A stretch of 64,000 nt of DNA. Origin: the human T2T-CHM13v2.0 reference genome, Homo sapiens. The DNA lies in assembly GCF_009914755.1 (NCBI RefSeq), contig NC_060931.1; one strand, given 5' to 3'. Under the pieces are notes generated by a model that saw nothing but the letters and a program-made list of their open reading frames with translations, did not search any database and was not told where the DNA came from. The number at the start of each line of letters is the position of its first letter. Position 1 is the stretch's first letter. The position numbers and the translations under genes are program-made. Below, in pieces: positions 30,641 through 43,107 of the stretch.

Positions 30641-32299
30641 AACTCTCTAGTAATTTAAATATGATTTTTATTACTTATCTATTTCCCATTCAAGTGTTTT
30701 GAAAAATATTCAGTTTTAGATCTATGGGGTGCTTTTTCAGTACATTGTATGTCTCCACAAAGAAAAACAAAAGTTCATATTTGGTCAGGTCAAAATACGA
30801 AATTTACACCCAAACACAATTCTGGAAGCAGGGAGGTTAAATGGTGCTAGTAAAAGAGTTAGTCTGAAGTGGTCCTACCCAGCTTAAATTTAGCAGTTAA
30901 TTGCCCAGTGCTGGCCGCACGTATCTGGCAGCTCCAGTTCCCTCAGGGAATCTTCCAACCAAGAGCCAAGAAGCCACTACTCCCGGCTGATGGTGGGTAC
31001 TGTGAAGCCTTGTAGTTTTCCTGGAGAGAGAAACAACCACTCGACACAAGTGGCATAGGACCTGTGTTCCTGTCACCCCTTTGCTGCCGACATTGAGCTT
31101 ATCGCTTCTTTGGTCTTCTTTCAGTTCTAGTAATATCTTAAAAGGCCTTTTTATAGTCCCACCATGTTTTTGGTGCCAAGTTTGTTCTTCTTAACATGAC
31201 CTGTAGGTATCTGCTAGTTTCATATTCTCTCATGGCTTTCCTCTTTTCACCTTTTGTATATACTCTTTTAAAATTTAGATTTTGTGGCCACGTTGGTATA
31301 TTTAAATGTTCCCTTGTTTCTACCTTATTGGGATAAAGTGTGATTGTGCTATTGGCATGTGGCATTTTGAAGCTTCCTCATCCGTCAAGATTTTCAGAAT
31401 TTAGATATAAGTAGCAATGCTAGTTTAATAGACAAGCTTTCAGCAAAACTCCTTAGAAATAAGATATCAACTAATTATCTGGGGATGGTGCAGACAGAGA
31501 GTATCCAGTATTGGAAAAGGCACACTACTCAGGAAAAGTCTCAGAACCCAAAGATGATCTGTGCTTATTCTATAAATTTGTTACCTAGGAAAATTTCTTA
31601 TTACAGTTGTAAATAATTCAGGTGTAAACAAATTAAACATCACTTTAATTAGAACTGCCTGGAAAATCAGGAAAATAGTACTTACTGAAGGGACCCTGCC
31701 TATTCATGCCCCTATAAATCTGCCCCTATGCCCCGAGCCTTGCCCCAGAGCACAGAGTAATCTTTTGCAGAAGGCAGCTCTCAAACATGGTTGATTAAAT
31801 GACCTATTACCAATCTCTCAGGGACATTGCCTTCCTTAATGCTCTAGTGGCTCCTTGAAAAGAAATGTTTCCATTGTCCTAAAAGAGCAGATTTTTATTC
31901 CAAATAACATAACCAACAGATGTCTCCAAAATCCTAAGGCTACTAGGATGGTGGCAGTTTGTGGTATTTTCCCATCCCTTATGGTGCATTGGAAATATCT
32001 GTGCAGCCACCTGTGTTCTTACCTTTGGCCCATGCAATCAAAGCTGTTTCATAATTGAGCCAAATGAAACAATAAGATGACTCCAAGAAATCAGAAGCAT
32101 GTCATATACATTACCCTCTCCAGAATAATAAAGAGGTGAATTTTAAGAGCTAAAAAGAGTATAATACATTTTTGATTCCTAAACTCTATTGCCTTGTTAC
32201 AAATTAACTTGTCATGTATTATTGAAAGTTTTCCATTGACACATAAAAGAAAAATAATCCAGAAGTTATTCCACATTGTATCCAAAATATATTCATCAT

Positions 32300-32492
32300 G
32301 ATTATAAGGCTCGACACTTTATATCCATGACCTCATTTAATCCTACAATCCTATAACATAGAAGTGCTTGTCTTCATTTCACAGATAAACAAATCGAAAC
32401 AGTCACACTGGCAGTAAGCGGCAGAGCAATATTGAGAGCTGCATCTGCTCAATGACCAAGTTCATGCTCTTTTCACCTCGACATGCTGCCTC
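32300..32492 (-). mobile_element. MIR
   Basis: ctcatttaatcctacaatcctat...catttcacagataaacaaatcgaa...gtaagcggcagagc...atgctgcctc. Confidence 0.75.
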
Positions 32493-34399
32493 TACTGAAC
32501 AAAAAAATCACAAATGCCCCAAAATTATTTGTCACCTCTTATTTGTAAATTTGTTTCTAAAATTTAGTAATCCAATAGCAGAACATCAAAAAAGAATTCT
32601 GGAACATATAAAGGCTTCATATTTCACTCTACTCTGTGCCAGATCACTATTGTCAGTAAACAATATAAGAATCTCATTTATGTTCAAGGAGAGAAATTTT
32701 TTTTGAAAAAAATTACTTCAAAGCTACACTTTTTATTTCCAAAAGGAAAGCTCCTTTTTGCTTTAATTTTCAAAGTAGGCCTATATGCAAGCATTATTTT
32801 GCCAATGTATCTACAAAGAAAGATTACTCCTTGGGTACGAAAAGAGGATGTGCTACATTCTTCATCCGTTCCTATGCTAATTTTGGCCTTTTGCATAAAA
32901 GGCTTTTCTGAACAGTTGTGCCAAATGTGTGGTAATTTTGTGATATAACCTTTAGGCCACATAAAACTCAGCCAAAGTTACCGAAATAATTTCATCCAAC
33001 AGAATTTGGATTCGGCCCCTTCATAAATAAAGAAAACTTAGGAACAAGGTCTTTTAAAGTAGGGAAACAAGGCCACACAAGGCAATCGGTATCTAACTTT
33101 ACAGTGTCAGTGATAGTAAGGCCAGTGTATCTTTTCCTAGTGCACTTCAATACCAAGGAAAGCTTTCTAACTATGGAAACATTGTTAGAGAACTAGTTCA
33201 CAGTATTGTGTCTTGGGCTGTCTCTCCTTTCCTCTTGCCTTAACCTGTATGCTTTTGCGACTACCAGTCAGCACTATGTGAATAATCCCCAGATCTATAT
33301 GGGAATGTTTTAGAAATCTTGAGAAGCTCTGTGCCTCTCAAGGGAACAATGGTGTCTAAAGTAAGTTTATCCTTTTTCCTTCCTAACCTATTTTTCCTCT
33401 CGTGGTCTCATTTTTTGTTTGTTTCACCACCAGTTACCCAAGACCACACCTTTGGCTCTATCAACTCTTGTCTAAACTCTTGAAATCACCTTCCAATTCC
33501 TTTTCTAATTTTTTTCAATCCATTAAAATCCATTTTGCAAATTACTTCCATTCCCTTCAAAACCCCTGAAATACTTTCTACTGCCAATGAAATGAAAATG
33601 TTGATGCTGATTTTTAATTATGGCAAATACGGAAATAGTACTACAGCTAACGACAAGAGAAACTAAAATGATTCACTTTGGTGCTCAAGTCTCTAAAATT
33701 TAATGGTTTGATATTAAATACTATGAATTCAGCCAGTTCACTCGGTAACTCTGGAAGATATTTGCCAGCTCTCTAATGGGCATATCAGAAGGCTACCTCT
33801 GTCAGAATCAGACATACCCCAGGAAGATTTCTGAGGTTTCTCCTACTTGAAGTGGAAAAGCTTTCCAGGTAAAAATCATCTTTCCTGTACTCTTTACTCT
33901 CTGGGAAATTCTAGATTTTCATAAGGCAAATCCAAATACTGGAGCAAACATAAATAGGTTATTGACGAAAATCTCTACTAGCAAAACATATGAGTCTACC
34001 TCAATCTGTTATGAAGAATACCAACATGCCACTCCCATACTCCATTCCAAAACCCAGATAAAATAATTATGTGTGGAAAATATTCTAAGAGATATGACAC
34101 TCATTAATTTACTTACTATATTTATTGAGTGCTTGTTATGTGCCTAGCACTCCTCTAGGGCCAGGAAATACATTGGTAAGCAAGATAGACAAAGTCTTCA
34201 TGGTTCTTAGGGAGAGAGAAGGAGAGAATAAACAAACTGATTATATCATACACAACACTGTGGTAAGTACTATGGGAGAAAATTAATTAGTAGAAGGGAG
34301 TAGTGAGTGCCAAGAGGAAAAGGAGTGGCTATTTATATTGGTTGGGCTGGGATCATCTGAGCAGTAATCTGATAGGAGTAAAGAAACAAGCCTTGGCAT

Positions 34400-34456
34400 T
34401 GTATTTATTTCCTAGGGCTGCCATAATAAATGAGCACAAACTGTGTGGCTTAAAAC
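34400..34456 (-). mobile_element. 3'-terminal piece of MLT1C-like LTR (original orientation)
   Basis: tgtatttatttcctagggctgccataataaa...ctgtgtggcttaaaac is the reverse complement of the MLT1 3' end; preceded by ggcat (34395-34399). Confidence 0.85.
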
Positions 34457-34546
34457 CGGATATTCTGAGCACATTACTCTCTCATGTCCTTTGCACTGCT
34501 GCTTGCTCTGCTCGGAACAATCGTTCTCCAGACTTCCACATATGCC

Positions 34547-34923
34547 TGTAGTTGGTTCAATAGAGTTCTCCCAAAATTCATATCAACCCGGAACTTCAGA
34601 ATGTGACCTTATTTGGAAATAGGGTCTTTGCAGATGTAATTAGTTAAGGACTTCATGATAAAATAAACCTGGATTTAGAGTGGGCCCTAACTTTAATGAC
34701 TAGCATTCTTATAAGAGAGAGGACAGAGAGACATAGGGAAGAAGGTGATATAAAGACAGAAGCAGAGATTGGAGTGATGCTCCCACAAGCCCAGGAATAT
34801 CAGGAACCATCAGAAACTGAAAGAGGCAAGAAAGGAGTGTCCCTAGAGTAACTAAAAGGAGGATGGCTCTGCCGGTGTCTGGATTTCAGGCTTTCGGCCT
34901 GCAGAGCTGTGAGAGAATAAATT
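34547..34923 (+). mobile_element. Remainder of the MLT1C-like LTR (inverted)
   Basis: cagaatgtgaccttatttggaaatagggtctttgcagatgtaattagttaag...gagctgtgagagaataaatt; lacks the 3' end found at 34400-34456. Confidence 0.9.
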
Positions 34924-35149
34924 GAATTGAGTATCTGGCTGACAGCAAGGTGGACAATGTGGCTGGAATACAGTAAATAAGGGAGAGAGTAGAAAAAAGT
35001 GATGTCAGAGAGGGAGCCAAGAACCAGAGTATGTACTCAAATATAGAGTCTTATGGGCTGTTGAGGAATCTTGGAAAATTTGAGCAGATAACTTATACTC
35101 TAAGAGGATTTCTCTGGCTGCTGGATGGATGAATATCTCTATTGGGGTT

Positions 35150-35675
35150 AACAAAGACAGTTTCAAACCCCCAAAATATTTACTTTCTAAATATTTATTT
35201 AGAAGACTATATTTATTTATGAAGACTATATATATTTATTTATGAAGACTATAATATTCATCTGATCAGCTGGCCACCTAGAATAAAGACTGCATTTTCC
35301 AGCCTCCATTGCACCTATGTGTAGCAACAAAACATCCCTAGGGGTAGAAACTGGAAATGGTAAGTGAAGTTTTCAGAAATTGACTTTTAAAAGAGGAAGC
35401 ATTTTGTTTTCCTCAACTTTCCTGCCTATGTGCTGAATTAGATATGGAATTTATGTCTCCAGTGTCCAGCTTAGACTATGACCATCTTAGACCTCTTCAT
35501 TGCAGATCAACAAGGTAGAAAAAGTCTGAGTCACTGATATAGAACAACAAACCAATCCTGAACTATCTCTACCTGGACTATTTTATATGTAAGAAAAATA
35601 AACTTCTATCTCATTTAAGGTTGTACTGTTGGTGAAGTTCTTTCATATATAGCAACACAAAATCCTAACTGACAC
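35150..35675 (+). mobile_element. MLT1K/L-like MaLR LTR with a short internal tandem repeat
   Basis: gaataaagactgcattttccagcctccattgca...gaaaaataaacttctatctcatttaag...cctaactgacac; (atatttatttatgaagact)x~3 at ~35191-35252. Confidence 0.7.
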
Positions 35676-35732
35676 TAGAGGAAGTGAGGAAACAAAAAGA
35701 CTATTACAAGGCCATTTCAATAATCCAAATGA

Positions 35733-36020
35733 GGCTGACCCTAGTGGCTAATTCTTATAATCCCAGTACCTCAGGAAGTCAAGACAGGAGTATTGCTTGT
35801 GGCCAGGAGTTCAAGAATAGCCTGGGCAACATAGCGAGACACCATCTCCACAAAAATTAAAAAAATTAAAGCCAGGCATGGTGGCATGTACCTATGGTCC
35901 TAACTACTTGGGAGGCTATGACAGGAGGATCCCTTGAGCCCAGGAGTTCAAGGCTGCAGTGAGCTATGATTGCACCATGCACTCAAGCCTAGGCAACAGA
36001 GCAAGACTCTGTCTCTAAAA
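35733..36020 (+). mobile_element. AluJ (Jo/Jr-like)
   Basis: ggaggatcccttgagcccaggagttcaaggctgcagtgagctatgat; tail decayed into (ATT)/(ATC) repeats. Confidence 0.92.
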
Positions 36021-36914
36021 ATAATAATTATTACTATTATTATTATCATCATCATGATCCAAGTAAGAGAGGAGAGTGGCTTTCATTAGGTGGCAGTAGT
36101 GGAAGTGATAAAAAATACTCAGATTCTAAATTGATTTTCAAAGTAGAACCAACATGATTTGCAAATGGATTAAAATTACTATCTATAATAATGAGAGGAG
36201 GTAAGTATATGCCCAAGATTATTGGCCTGAGCAACTAGAAGGCAATTGGCCCTTACTAAAATGGGGAAGAATGGGAAAAGAACAGGTTTGTGGTAGAGAT
36301 ATAGAGAGAAGGTATATCAAGAGTTCAGTTTTAGACATATTGAACTTGAGATGCCTACTGAACATCAAATAGAAACATGAGCCTAGACTCAAGGCAGAAG
36401 TCAGAGATGTACATGTAAATTTAGGAATCAACATTTAGAGATACGATTGAAACCTACATGCATGGATGGGATCCCCTAGAGAGGGAGTACAGTTGAAGAA
36501 AAATAAAGTTTAAAGACTAAATCAAAGTTTAGATGTTGGGGCAATGAAGAGGTGCCAGCAAAGGAGACTGAGAAACTATCAACAGTTAAGTAAGAGGACA
36601 AGAAAATAATGTTCTGGAAGCCACATAAATAAAATATTTTAAAAGAAGGAAATGAGTATGTCAAATGCTGCTGATGGTTCCAGTAAGAAGACTAAAAGAT
36701 TGACGCTAAAGCCATTGATAACATTGACAAAGCAATATCTGGTAGATTAGTAATGAGGGGAAAATGTTATTAGAGTAGATTCAAGAAAGAATAGAAGAGG
36801 TTAAGTGAACAGTAAAAAATATGCAATTTTGAGAAATTTTGACATAACAAGAAGCAAAAAAATCAGATGGTATCTAGAGAATTATATGGTATAAATGGAA
36901 GTTTCTGTTTGTTG

Positions 36915-37060
36915 TTTTTTTTAATTCCTTTTTGTCTGTTTATAGAGTCAAGGTCTCACTATGTTACCCAGGCTGGTCTCAAATCCCTAGACTCAACGAA
37001 TCCTCCCACTTCAGCCACCCAAAGTGCTGGGATTGCAGGCATGAGCCACCATGTCCAGCC
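36915..37060 (-). mobile_element. FLAM_C / AluJ left monomer
   Basis: ggtctcactatgttacccaggctggtctcaaa...caaagtgctgggattgcaggcatgagccaccatgtccagcc. Confidence 0.88.
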
Positions 37061-37713
37061 AGTTGTTTTGTTTTTAATGTGGTATCATTTTATGTTCATG
37101 ATTCCATATTCATATGGGAGATGACAAGTGCAGGAGAGAGTGAAGACAGTTAGTGAGGTGATATCCTTAAGTAGGTCAGAAGGAACAGAATCTAATACAT
37201 GAGTAGAGGCGTTCATCTTAAATAAGTGTTTATCCTGGTACCAGGAGAAACCAAATTAAATACATACAGCTGCAAGTCATACATTTATGTGGTTTTGAGG
37301 ATGTATAGATGTTCTCTTCTGGTTGCTTCTATTTCCTTAGTGAAGTAGGAAGCAGCTTCATCACAGAAGAGGGTAAGAAAATGCTGAAGGTTTGACAGTG
37401 GAGGGGAAGATCTAAAATGGTATCTACAAAAGAGAAAATGTGAATGAAGTAGAAAAGAGTAGTAGAATTTCCCCTGAACATTGCTAGTCTTGAATTTTAA
37501 ATAAGATGATCAGATTGTATTGTGTCCAGCCACACTGAGTTACAGAGCTGCAGGCCCAAGGAAGGCATATGGATAGATATAAGCAAAATTGGGGGATTTA
37601 TAGGCAAGTATGACAACATAAAAAGGATGTACAGGGTCAGAGGAGTATAAAGCGAGTGAATCATAGAGTTTAATCATGGGTAAGAATGATAGTAAGGATA
37701 TGAACAGGGTAAG

Positions 37714-38116
37714 TGTTTAGTTTTGCTCCTCCAAGAAGCAGATACAAAATGGGGTTGAAAGCACAAAAATTTTATTAGGGGAAATGTCTGTATGAAGGGA
37801 CATAAAAATGGAGCCACAGAGGGTGAGAACTGCCAGACCATAATGCAAATCTGAACACGAGTGAAAAATTCAAAGGAAAGTAAGTTGAGTGTAAGCATCC
37901 TAACCTGTCATGAAATCTAAGGAAAGTTCAACAAGCCACTGGAGAGTCTTTGAGCCAAAGCTGGCAGACAAAGGAGTCCCGTGTCTCCCGGGAATGGGTC
38001 TTCCTTAGAATGTTCACTACACTGTCATTGGCCTTAGCACAAATGCAGCCACAGGGGTCCTTGGTCAATTCACTCCCTGTAGTAGGAAGTCTGCAAGGTG
38101 CATTCTCATGGCCACA
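37714..38116 (-). mobile_element. LTR16C-like ERVL solo LTR
   Basis: Reverse strand begins tgtggccatgagaatgcacc and contains cccgggagacacgggactcctttg, ctttggctcaaagactc; flanks gtaag / agtaag. Confidence 0.8.
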
Positions 38117-39178
38117 AGTAAGCAACAGTTAAAACACGATAGAATCAAAAATTATGGGTCTCAATATGTACAAATAATTTTTTGGAAATAATATATTAGA
38201 AAGAGTGCGCTGGATAGATAGGAGGCAAAAAGCCTGAAATTAAGATTTAAGAAAGAAAGTAGTTACTGGTAGTGAAAAAGTCTAAGGTGCAATCATGGGG
38301 AGGAATAGCTGAAGTAGGAAGGAGACAAGATCATTGGAGAAGAAAAAAATCAAGAAGACAAGGGTATTAAAGAGATCTTCCACTTGGGATAGTGATCCCC
38401 CAAAAAATTCTGGCTGGAGTAATATGGAGAAAATGCCAGCAAGCCACATATTGTAGTCTTCTAAGAATTAAGAGAAGCAACCTGGGGTCTATCGATGACT
38501 GTGCATGGGGTGCAGGTGAGTAGTATGATCCAATGGTATGTGTTTTAAAGCTGTGGCTCTTTAGAAGGCTGAAAGAAAAAAATTGATAACAACAATGAAG
38601 AGCAAGCAGCATATCTATATGACTTTCCTGCCCAGTAGTTCAAAGAGTATGTGAAAGAAGGTAGTCACTGATCTAGAAGGATGGCGACAAAGTGTTTATA
38701 GTATTTGATTTCAGTTATTGACCAAAAGAAATGTTAATGGCTCAAGAGAAAAAAAAAGTGAAAGAGATGGAGAAAATATTGAGCTTTAAAGCTGGGGTAT
38801 TTTTGCTTATAACAAATGCATTCTAGAGAGCAGAAGAGATGTATTTTAAGAAATGAGGAAAGGTGGGTAATGGAATCCAGCTTAGAAACTACACAGAGCC
38901 ATATCAGAATGAGAATTCAAAAACCAATTCAAGTGGGCTTGGAGCTTTCTGTGGTAACTGATAAACAGAGAAGCAGGGCTTGATGTAACTGATACTGTGC
39001 CTGGCAGATTTGGGTAGGAAAGGCCTCCTCTAGACAGTCCAACTCTATTTTTTTGTGTGATTAGACCATCATATTCTACATACTTAGACGATAGTCTTTA
39101 AACATAATTAAATCACCTTTTTTAGAGCCTGTATTTGACTTTTTTTTCAGTTTCTTACAAGAAACGGCTACATGAAAT

Positions 39179-39555
39179 CCTGGGCAACATAGTAAGACCC
39201 CATATCTACAAAAATAAAACAATTAAAGCCAGGCATGGTGGTGTGCACCTGTAGTCTGAGTTATTTGGGAGCTGTGGCAGGAGGATCCCTTGAATCCAGG
39301 AGTTTGAGCCTACAGTGAGCTATGATTACACCACTGCAGACCAGCCTGGGTGATTGAGCAAGACCCTGTCTTTAAAAATCATCATTATCATCATCATCCA
39401 AGTGAGATAGGACAGTGATTTGGAATAGGTGGCAGTAGTGGAGGTGATAAAATATATATATATTTAGATTCTTAATTGATTTTCAAAGTAGAACCAACAT
39501 GATTTGCAAAGGGATTGAAATTAGTATCTGTGACAACAAGAGGAGGTAAACATAT
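39179..39555 (+). repeat. Diverged local duplicate of 35821-36210 (3' part of AluJ plus adjacent L2 sequence)
   Basis: Shares atypical aattaaagccaggcatggtg, ATC-type tail, ggtggcagtagtgga and attgattttcaaagtagaaccaacatgatttgcaaa with the 35.8-36.2 kb copy. Confidence 0.9.
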
Positions 39556-39574
39556 TATTCAGAAAATATACTTG

Positions 39575-40295
39575 AAAATATACCTAAATCCAATCCAAAC
39601 CAAAATGATTGTAAATGTGTTAATGAGCTAAACACACTTATTAGAAGGCAGAAGTTATGAGGATGGAAAGAAAGAAAGACCTAACTATAAGTTTTCTGCA
39701 AGAGTTCTACTTTAATATGAAGAAACTAGATTGAAAGTATATAGATGGAAAAGAATTGTATTAGGCTATTCTTGCATTGCTATAAAGAAATACCTGAGAC
39801 TGGGCACTTTATAAAGAAAAGAGGTTTAATTGGCTCATGGTTCTGCAGGCTTTACGCAAAGTATGGTACTGGCATCTGTTCAGCTTCCAGGGAGGCTTAA
39901 AGAAGCTTATAGTCATGGTTGAAGGCACAAGGGGAGTAGGCATGTCGCAGGGCCAAAGCAGGGACAAGAAAGTAGGGGGGGCAGGGGGAGTACTGAACAC
40001 TTTTAAATGACCACATCTCACAAGAACTTACTCACTATTGTGAAGACAGCACCAAGCCACAAGAGATCGGCCCCATGATCCAAACTCCTCCCACCAAGCC
40101 CCACCTCCAATTACAATTCAACGTAAGATTTGGGTGGGAACAAATATCCAAACTATATCAAAGATTTACCATGCAAACACCAACTGTAGGAAGATTGGAG
40201 TTCCTATGGTATTATCACATAAAACAGACTTCAAGGTAAAGAGTTTTATCAGAGATCAAGACAGACAATTCATAATGATAAAAGGGTCATCAGTT
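39575..40295 (+). mobile_element. Old L1M ORF2 endonuclease-region fragment split by an MST LTR
   Basis: gacctaactataagttttctgcaagag ... taccatgcaaacacc ... aaaacagacttcaagg ... cataatgataaaagggtca (ORF 40134 reads KIYHANTN...KTDFK...FIMIKGS). Confidence 0.75.
39757..40160 (-). mobile_element. MSTA/MSTB MaLR solo LTR
   Basis: tgtattaggctattcttgcattgctataaagaaatacctgagactggg ... gggaacaaatatccaaactatatca. Confidence 0.92.
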
Positions 40296-41339
40296 AATTT
40301 CCCACTTAAGGCACTTGCCTCTCAAGGAAGCCAATAGGCAGCTATAATCTGACTAAAGCTCAATGAAATTGGAAGGAGCACGGTTCATCAAAACTACAAA
40401 GCTGCACTGTCTTCCTTCAATTCTCTCCTTTCTATCATGCCCCTGTCCATTAAGCCCTAATCAAATAATACTATTTACTTCATCATGCCTTATTACTCAT
40501 TTTATTGTAATTAGTACTAAATGTTTCTGATCGCCTGGAGATCAGTTCTCCTTGAGAAACTTCTTGGGTAATCCATCACCTTACAACATGTTGTTAGACA
40601 TGTTTCTACCTGGTTATTTTGTGGAGCAACTAATATAAATAGTTTCTCAGTCTCTTTTGACAACATCTAATAGTCTGAAGCTATCAGGATTATTCCAATT
40701 TTCTCTATCAATCTTTCCCTACTTTCACAGAAAAAGAATTTTGTCTACACCACATAGGTACAGGCTTAAACAAAAGAAACAGAATGTCCATATAGCTATA
40801 CAAATGATATTGCATCATGATCTCGAGGGAGTTATACACTGTCAAAGTGTGGGATTCCTTTTCTTGGAGAGTGAGAAATTCTTTTATAAAGGTGTTCCTT
40901 CTATTTCATATTTTTCTGCTATAAATCACTAGTAGACTGCTTTGTAAATTGAATCCCCTTAAAAGATAAATATGGCAAGTTTCTTTCTGCTGTATCCAAC
41001 AAAAGAGTTGCTAAAAGATAACAATGCTCCCTGGCAAGAAGGTGAAAATACATCTATAAATTCTTATTACAAGTTATACCAAAATGTAACAAACTTTGTA
41101 GAAGAAGGAAAACATCAAAGAGAGGTTATCAAAATAGAATGCTGACAGATACTATACCTAGGCTAGAAAATATCACAGAAGATGAATAGATAATGCTTCA
41201 CTTATGTTTGATACAATTTCAAAGAAGTGAATTTTACTCTATTAAAGACATCAGATGAAAAAGTTTTCTTTGCCACGTTACTGATTTCAAATCAATGTTA
41301 TTTTAGATCACTGTATATATGTACATATATGTGCACATG

Positions 41340-41340
<1 letters not shown>

Positions 41341-41381
<41 letters not shown>
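41341..41381. repeat. (CA)20 microsatellite
   Basis: Directly visible. Confidence 0.97.
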
Positions 41382-41385
<4 letters not shown>

Positions 41386-41407
41386 CTCCTTAAAAGCATA
41401 ACATTGG

Positions 41408-41699
41408 GGCCAGGCATGGTGGCTTATGCCTGTAGCCCCAGCATTTTGGAAGGCTGAGGCGGGCAGGTCACTTGAGGTCAGGAGTTTGAGACCAGCCTGG
41501 CCAACATGGTAAAACCCTGTCTCTACTCAAAATACAAAAATTAGCCAGGCATGGTGGCTTATGCCTGTAATCTAAGCTACATAGGTGGCTGAGGCAAGAG
41601 AATCTCTTGAACCCAGGAGGCGGAGGCTGCAGTGAGCCAAGATTGCACCACTGCACTCCAGCCTGGGCGACAGAGCGAGACTCTGTCTCAAAAAAAAAT
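41408..41699 (+). mobile_element. Full-length AluS
   Basis: ggccaggcatggtggc start to poly-A; diverged TSD aaaagcataacattgg / aaaaggataacactgg. Confidence 0.96.
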
Positions 41700-42656
41700 A
41701 AAAGGATAACACTGGTAATCAGAATATGAACAAAATTATCCTTACTTCATTCTCCATTGTACATTTTTGTGAAAGCTTAAAATTTTCGAGAGATACTATT
41801 TGTTAAAACTTTGTTTGATTTCACTTATATTTATATCAACCTCAATATTTCTAGCTGTATTTCAGGAAACAAAAAGTTTCAAACAACAATCTATCTTGTT
41901 TGAACACAAAAAAATTAGAATTAAAGTGGCAAAGTTTATGAAAATGAGAAAATGGACATTGCCTTTTAACATTACCTGCTTCACTGCCAAACTGATTGTT
42001 CAAAACAAAAGTAAATCAGTGTTAAGGTAAATGATGTAGACTTGGCTATTCAAATTCATTCATTTTGGTCGCTTTTCTCATTAATTTAACCAGTCCTGCA
42101 GCAATCTACATTGATCAGGGTTAAATTAAAAAATCAACTAGATTCCAACCTATTATTTCATCAGTGTAGCCAAAAGGAGTATCAATGAAAAAATAAAAAT
42201 AATAGCCTCTGTTTTATTACTCTTTGTTTGTTTTTTACTTGTGATGAAGATCCTTGGAAGAAACTGAGCTTGCTTTATAATGAAAAGAGGAAGCTGTAGC
42301 CAGACCAATCAAGCAAGAGAAAGAAATAAAAGACATTTAAATAGGAAAAAAAGATGTCAAACTATCCTTCTTCACTGAGGATATGATTCCGTACCTAGAA
42401 AACCCTAAAGACTCCTCCAAAAGGCTCCTGGAACTGATAACTTCAGTGATGTTTCGGTTACAATTCAATGTACAAAAATAAGTAGGATTTCTATACATTA
42501 ATAGTGTTCAAGCTGAGAGCCAAATCAAGAATGCAATCCCATTTACGATAGCCACAAAAAAACAAAATACCTAAGAATACATCTAATCAAGGAGAGGAAA
42601 GATCTCTACAAAGAGAAATAGAAAACACTGCTTAAAGAAATCACTGATGATACAAA

Positions 42657-43087
42657 TGTTAGAGCGAACTATATAGGGCCTGAGAAGGACTCCATACTTC
42701 TATATTCGAGTCCTTGTGGGCGAACTGTAACCTAACTTAATAGGTGGACAAGGTTTTAAAGGTAACTTAAGAGTATGTGCCTGTAACAGTAGCTGAGTCT
42801 TGGCCAATCCAAGCAGCCATACTTCAACCACTCATATACTGCTGAGTGTTCAGACTGTGTTCAGATAAGGCAAACACTGAGCTGTAACCAATCCAGTTGT
42901 TTCTGTACCTCACTTCTGATTTCTGTACATCACTTCCCTTTTTTGTCTATAAATCTTCTTCCAACATGTGGCTGTGGTGGAGTCTCTCTGAATCTGCTGT
43001 GATTCTGAGGGCTGTCCAATTCACATATCATTTATTGCTCAATTACACTCCTTTAAATTTAAATCAGATTAAGTTTTTCTTTTAACA
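42657..43087 (+). mobile_element. 5' LTR (MER57A-like)
   Basis: tgttagagcgaactatatagggcctgagaagg ... ttttctttt aaca; two CCAAT boxes, CACTTCC, TATAAA at 42948-42953. Confidence 0.92.
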
Positions 43088-43089
43088 GA

Positions 43090-43107
43090 TGGTGTCAGAA
43101 GTAGGAT
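43090..43107 (+). promoter_or_regulatory. Primer-binding site complementary to tRNA-Leu(CAA) 3' end
   Basis: tggtgtcagaagtaggat, 2 nt after the LTR; one mismatch to TGGTGTCAGAAGTGGGAT as I recall the tRNA-Leu(CAA) complement. Confidence 0.8.

Larger units (their letters stand above)
34100..38700 (-). mobile_element. Long fragmented L2 hosting MLT1C, MLT1K-like, AluJ, FLAM_C and LTR16C insertions
   Basis: Reverse L2 3' end tatttattgagtgcttgttatgtgcctagcac; further L2 blocks gagttcagttttagacatattgaacttgagatgcct and tgtcaaatgctgctgatggttccagtaagaaga. Right boundary approximate. Confidence 0.8.

Noticed and set aside
31685-31750. Repeated tgccc motifs around cctataaat as a TATA promoter
   Set aside because: Too short, with no CpG island or downstream exon; may be a decayed repeat.
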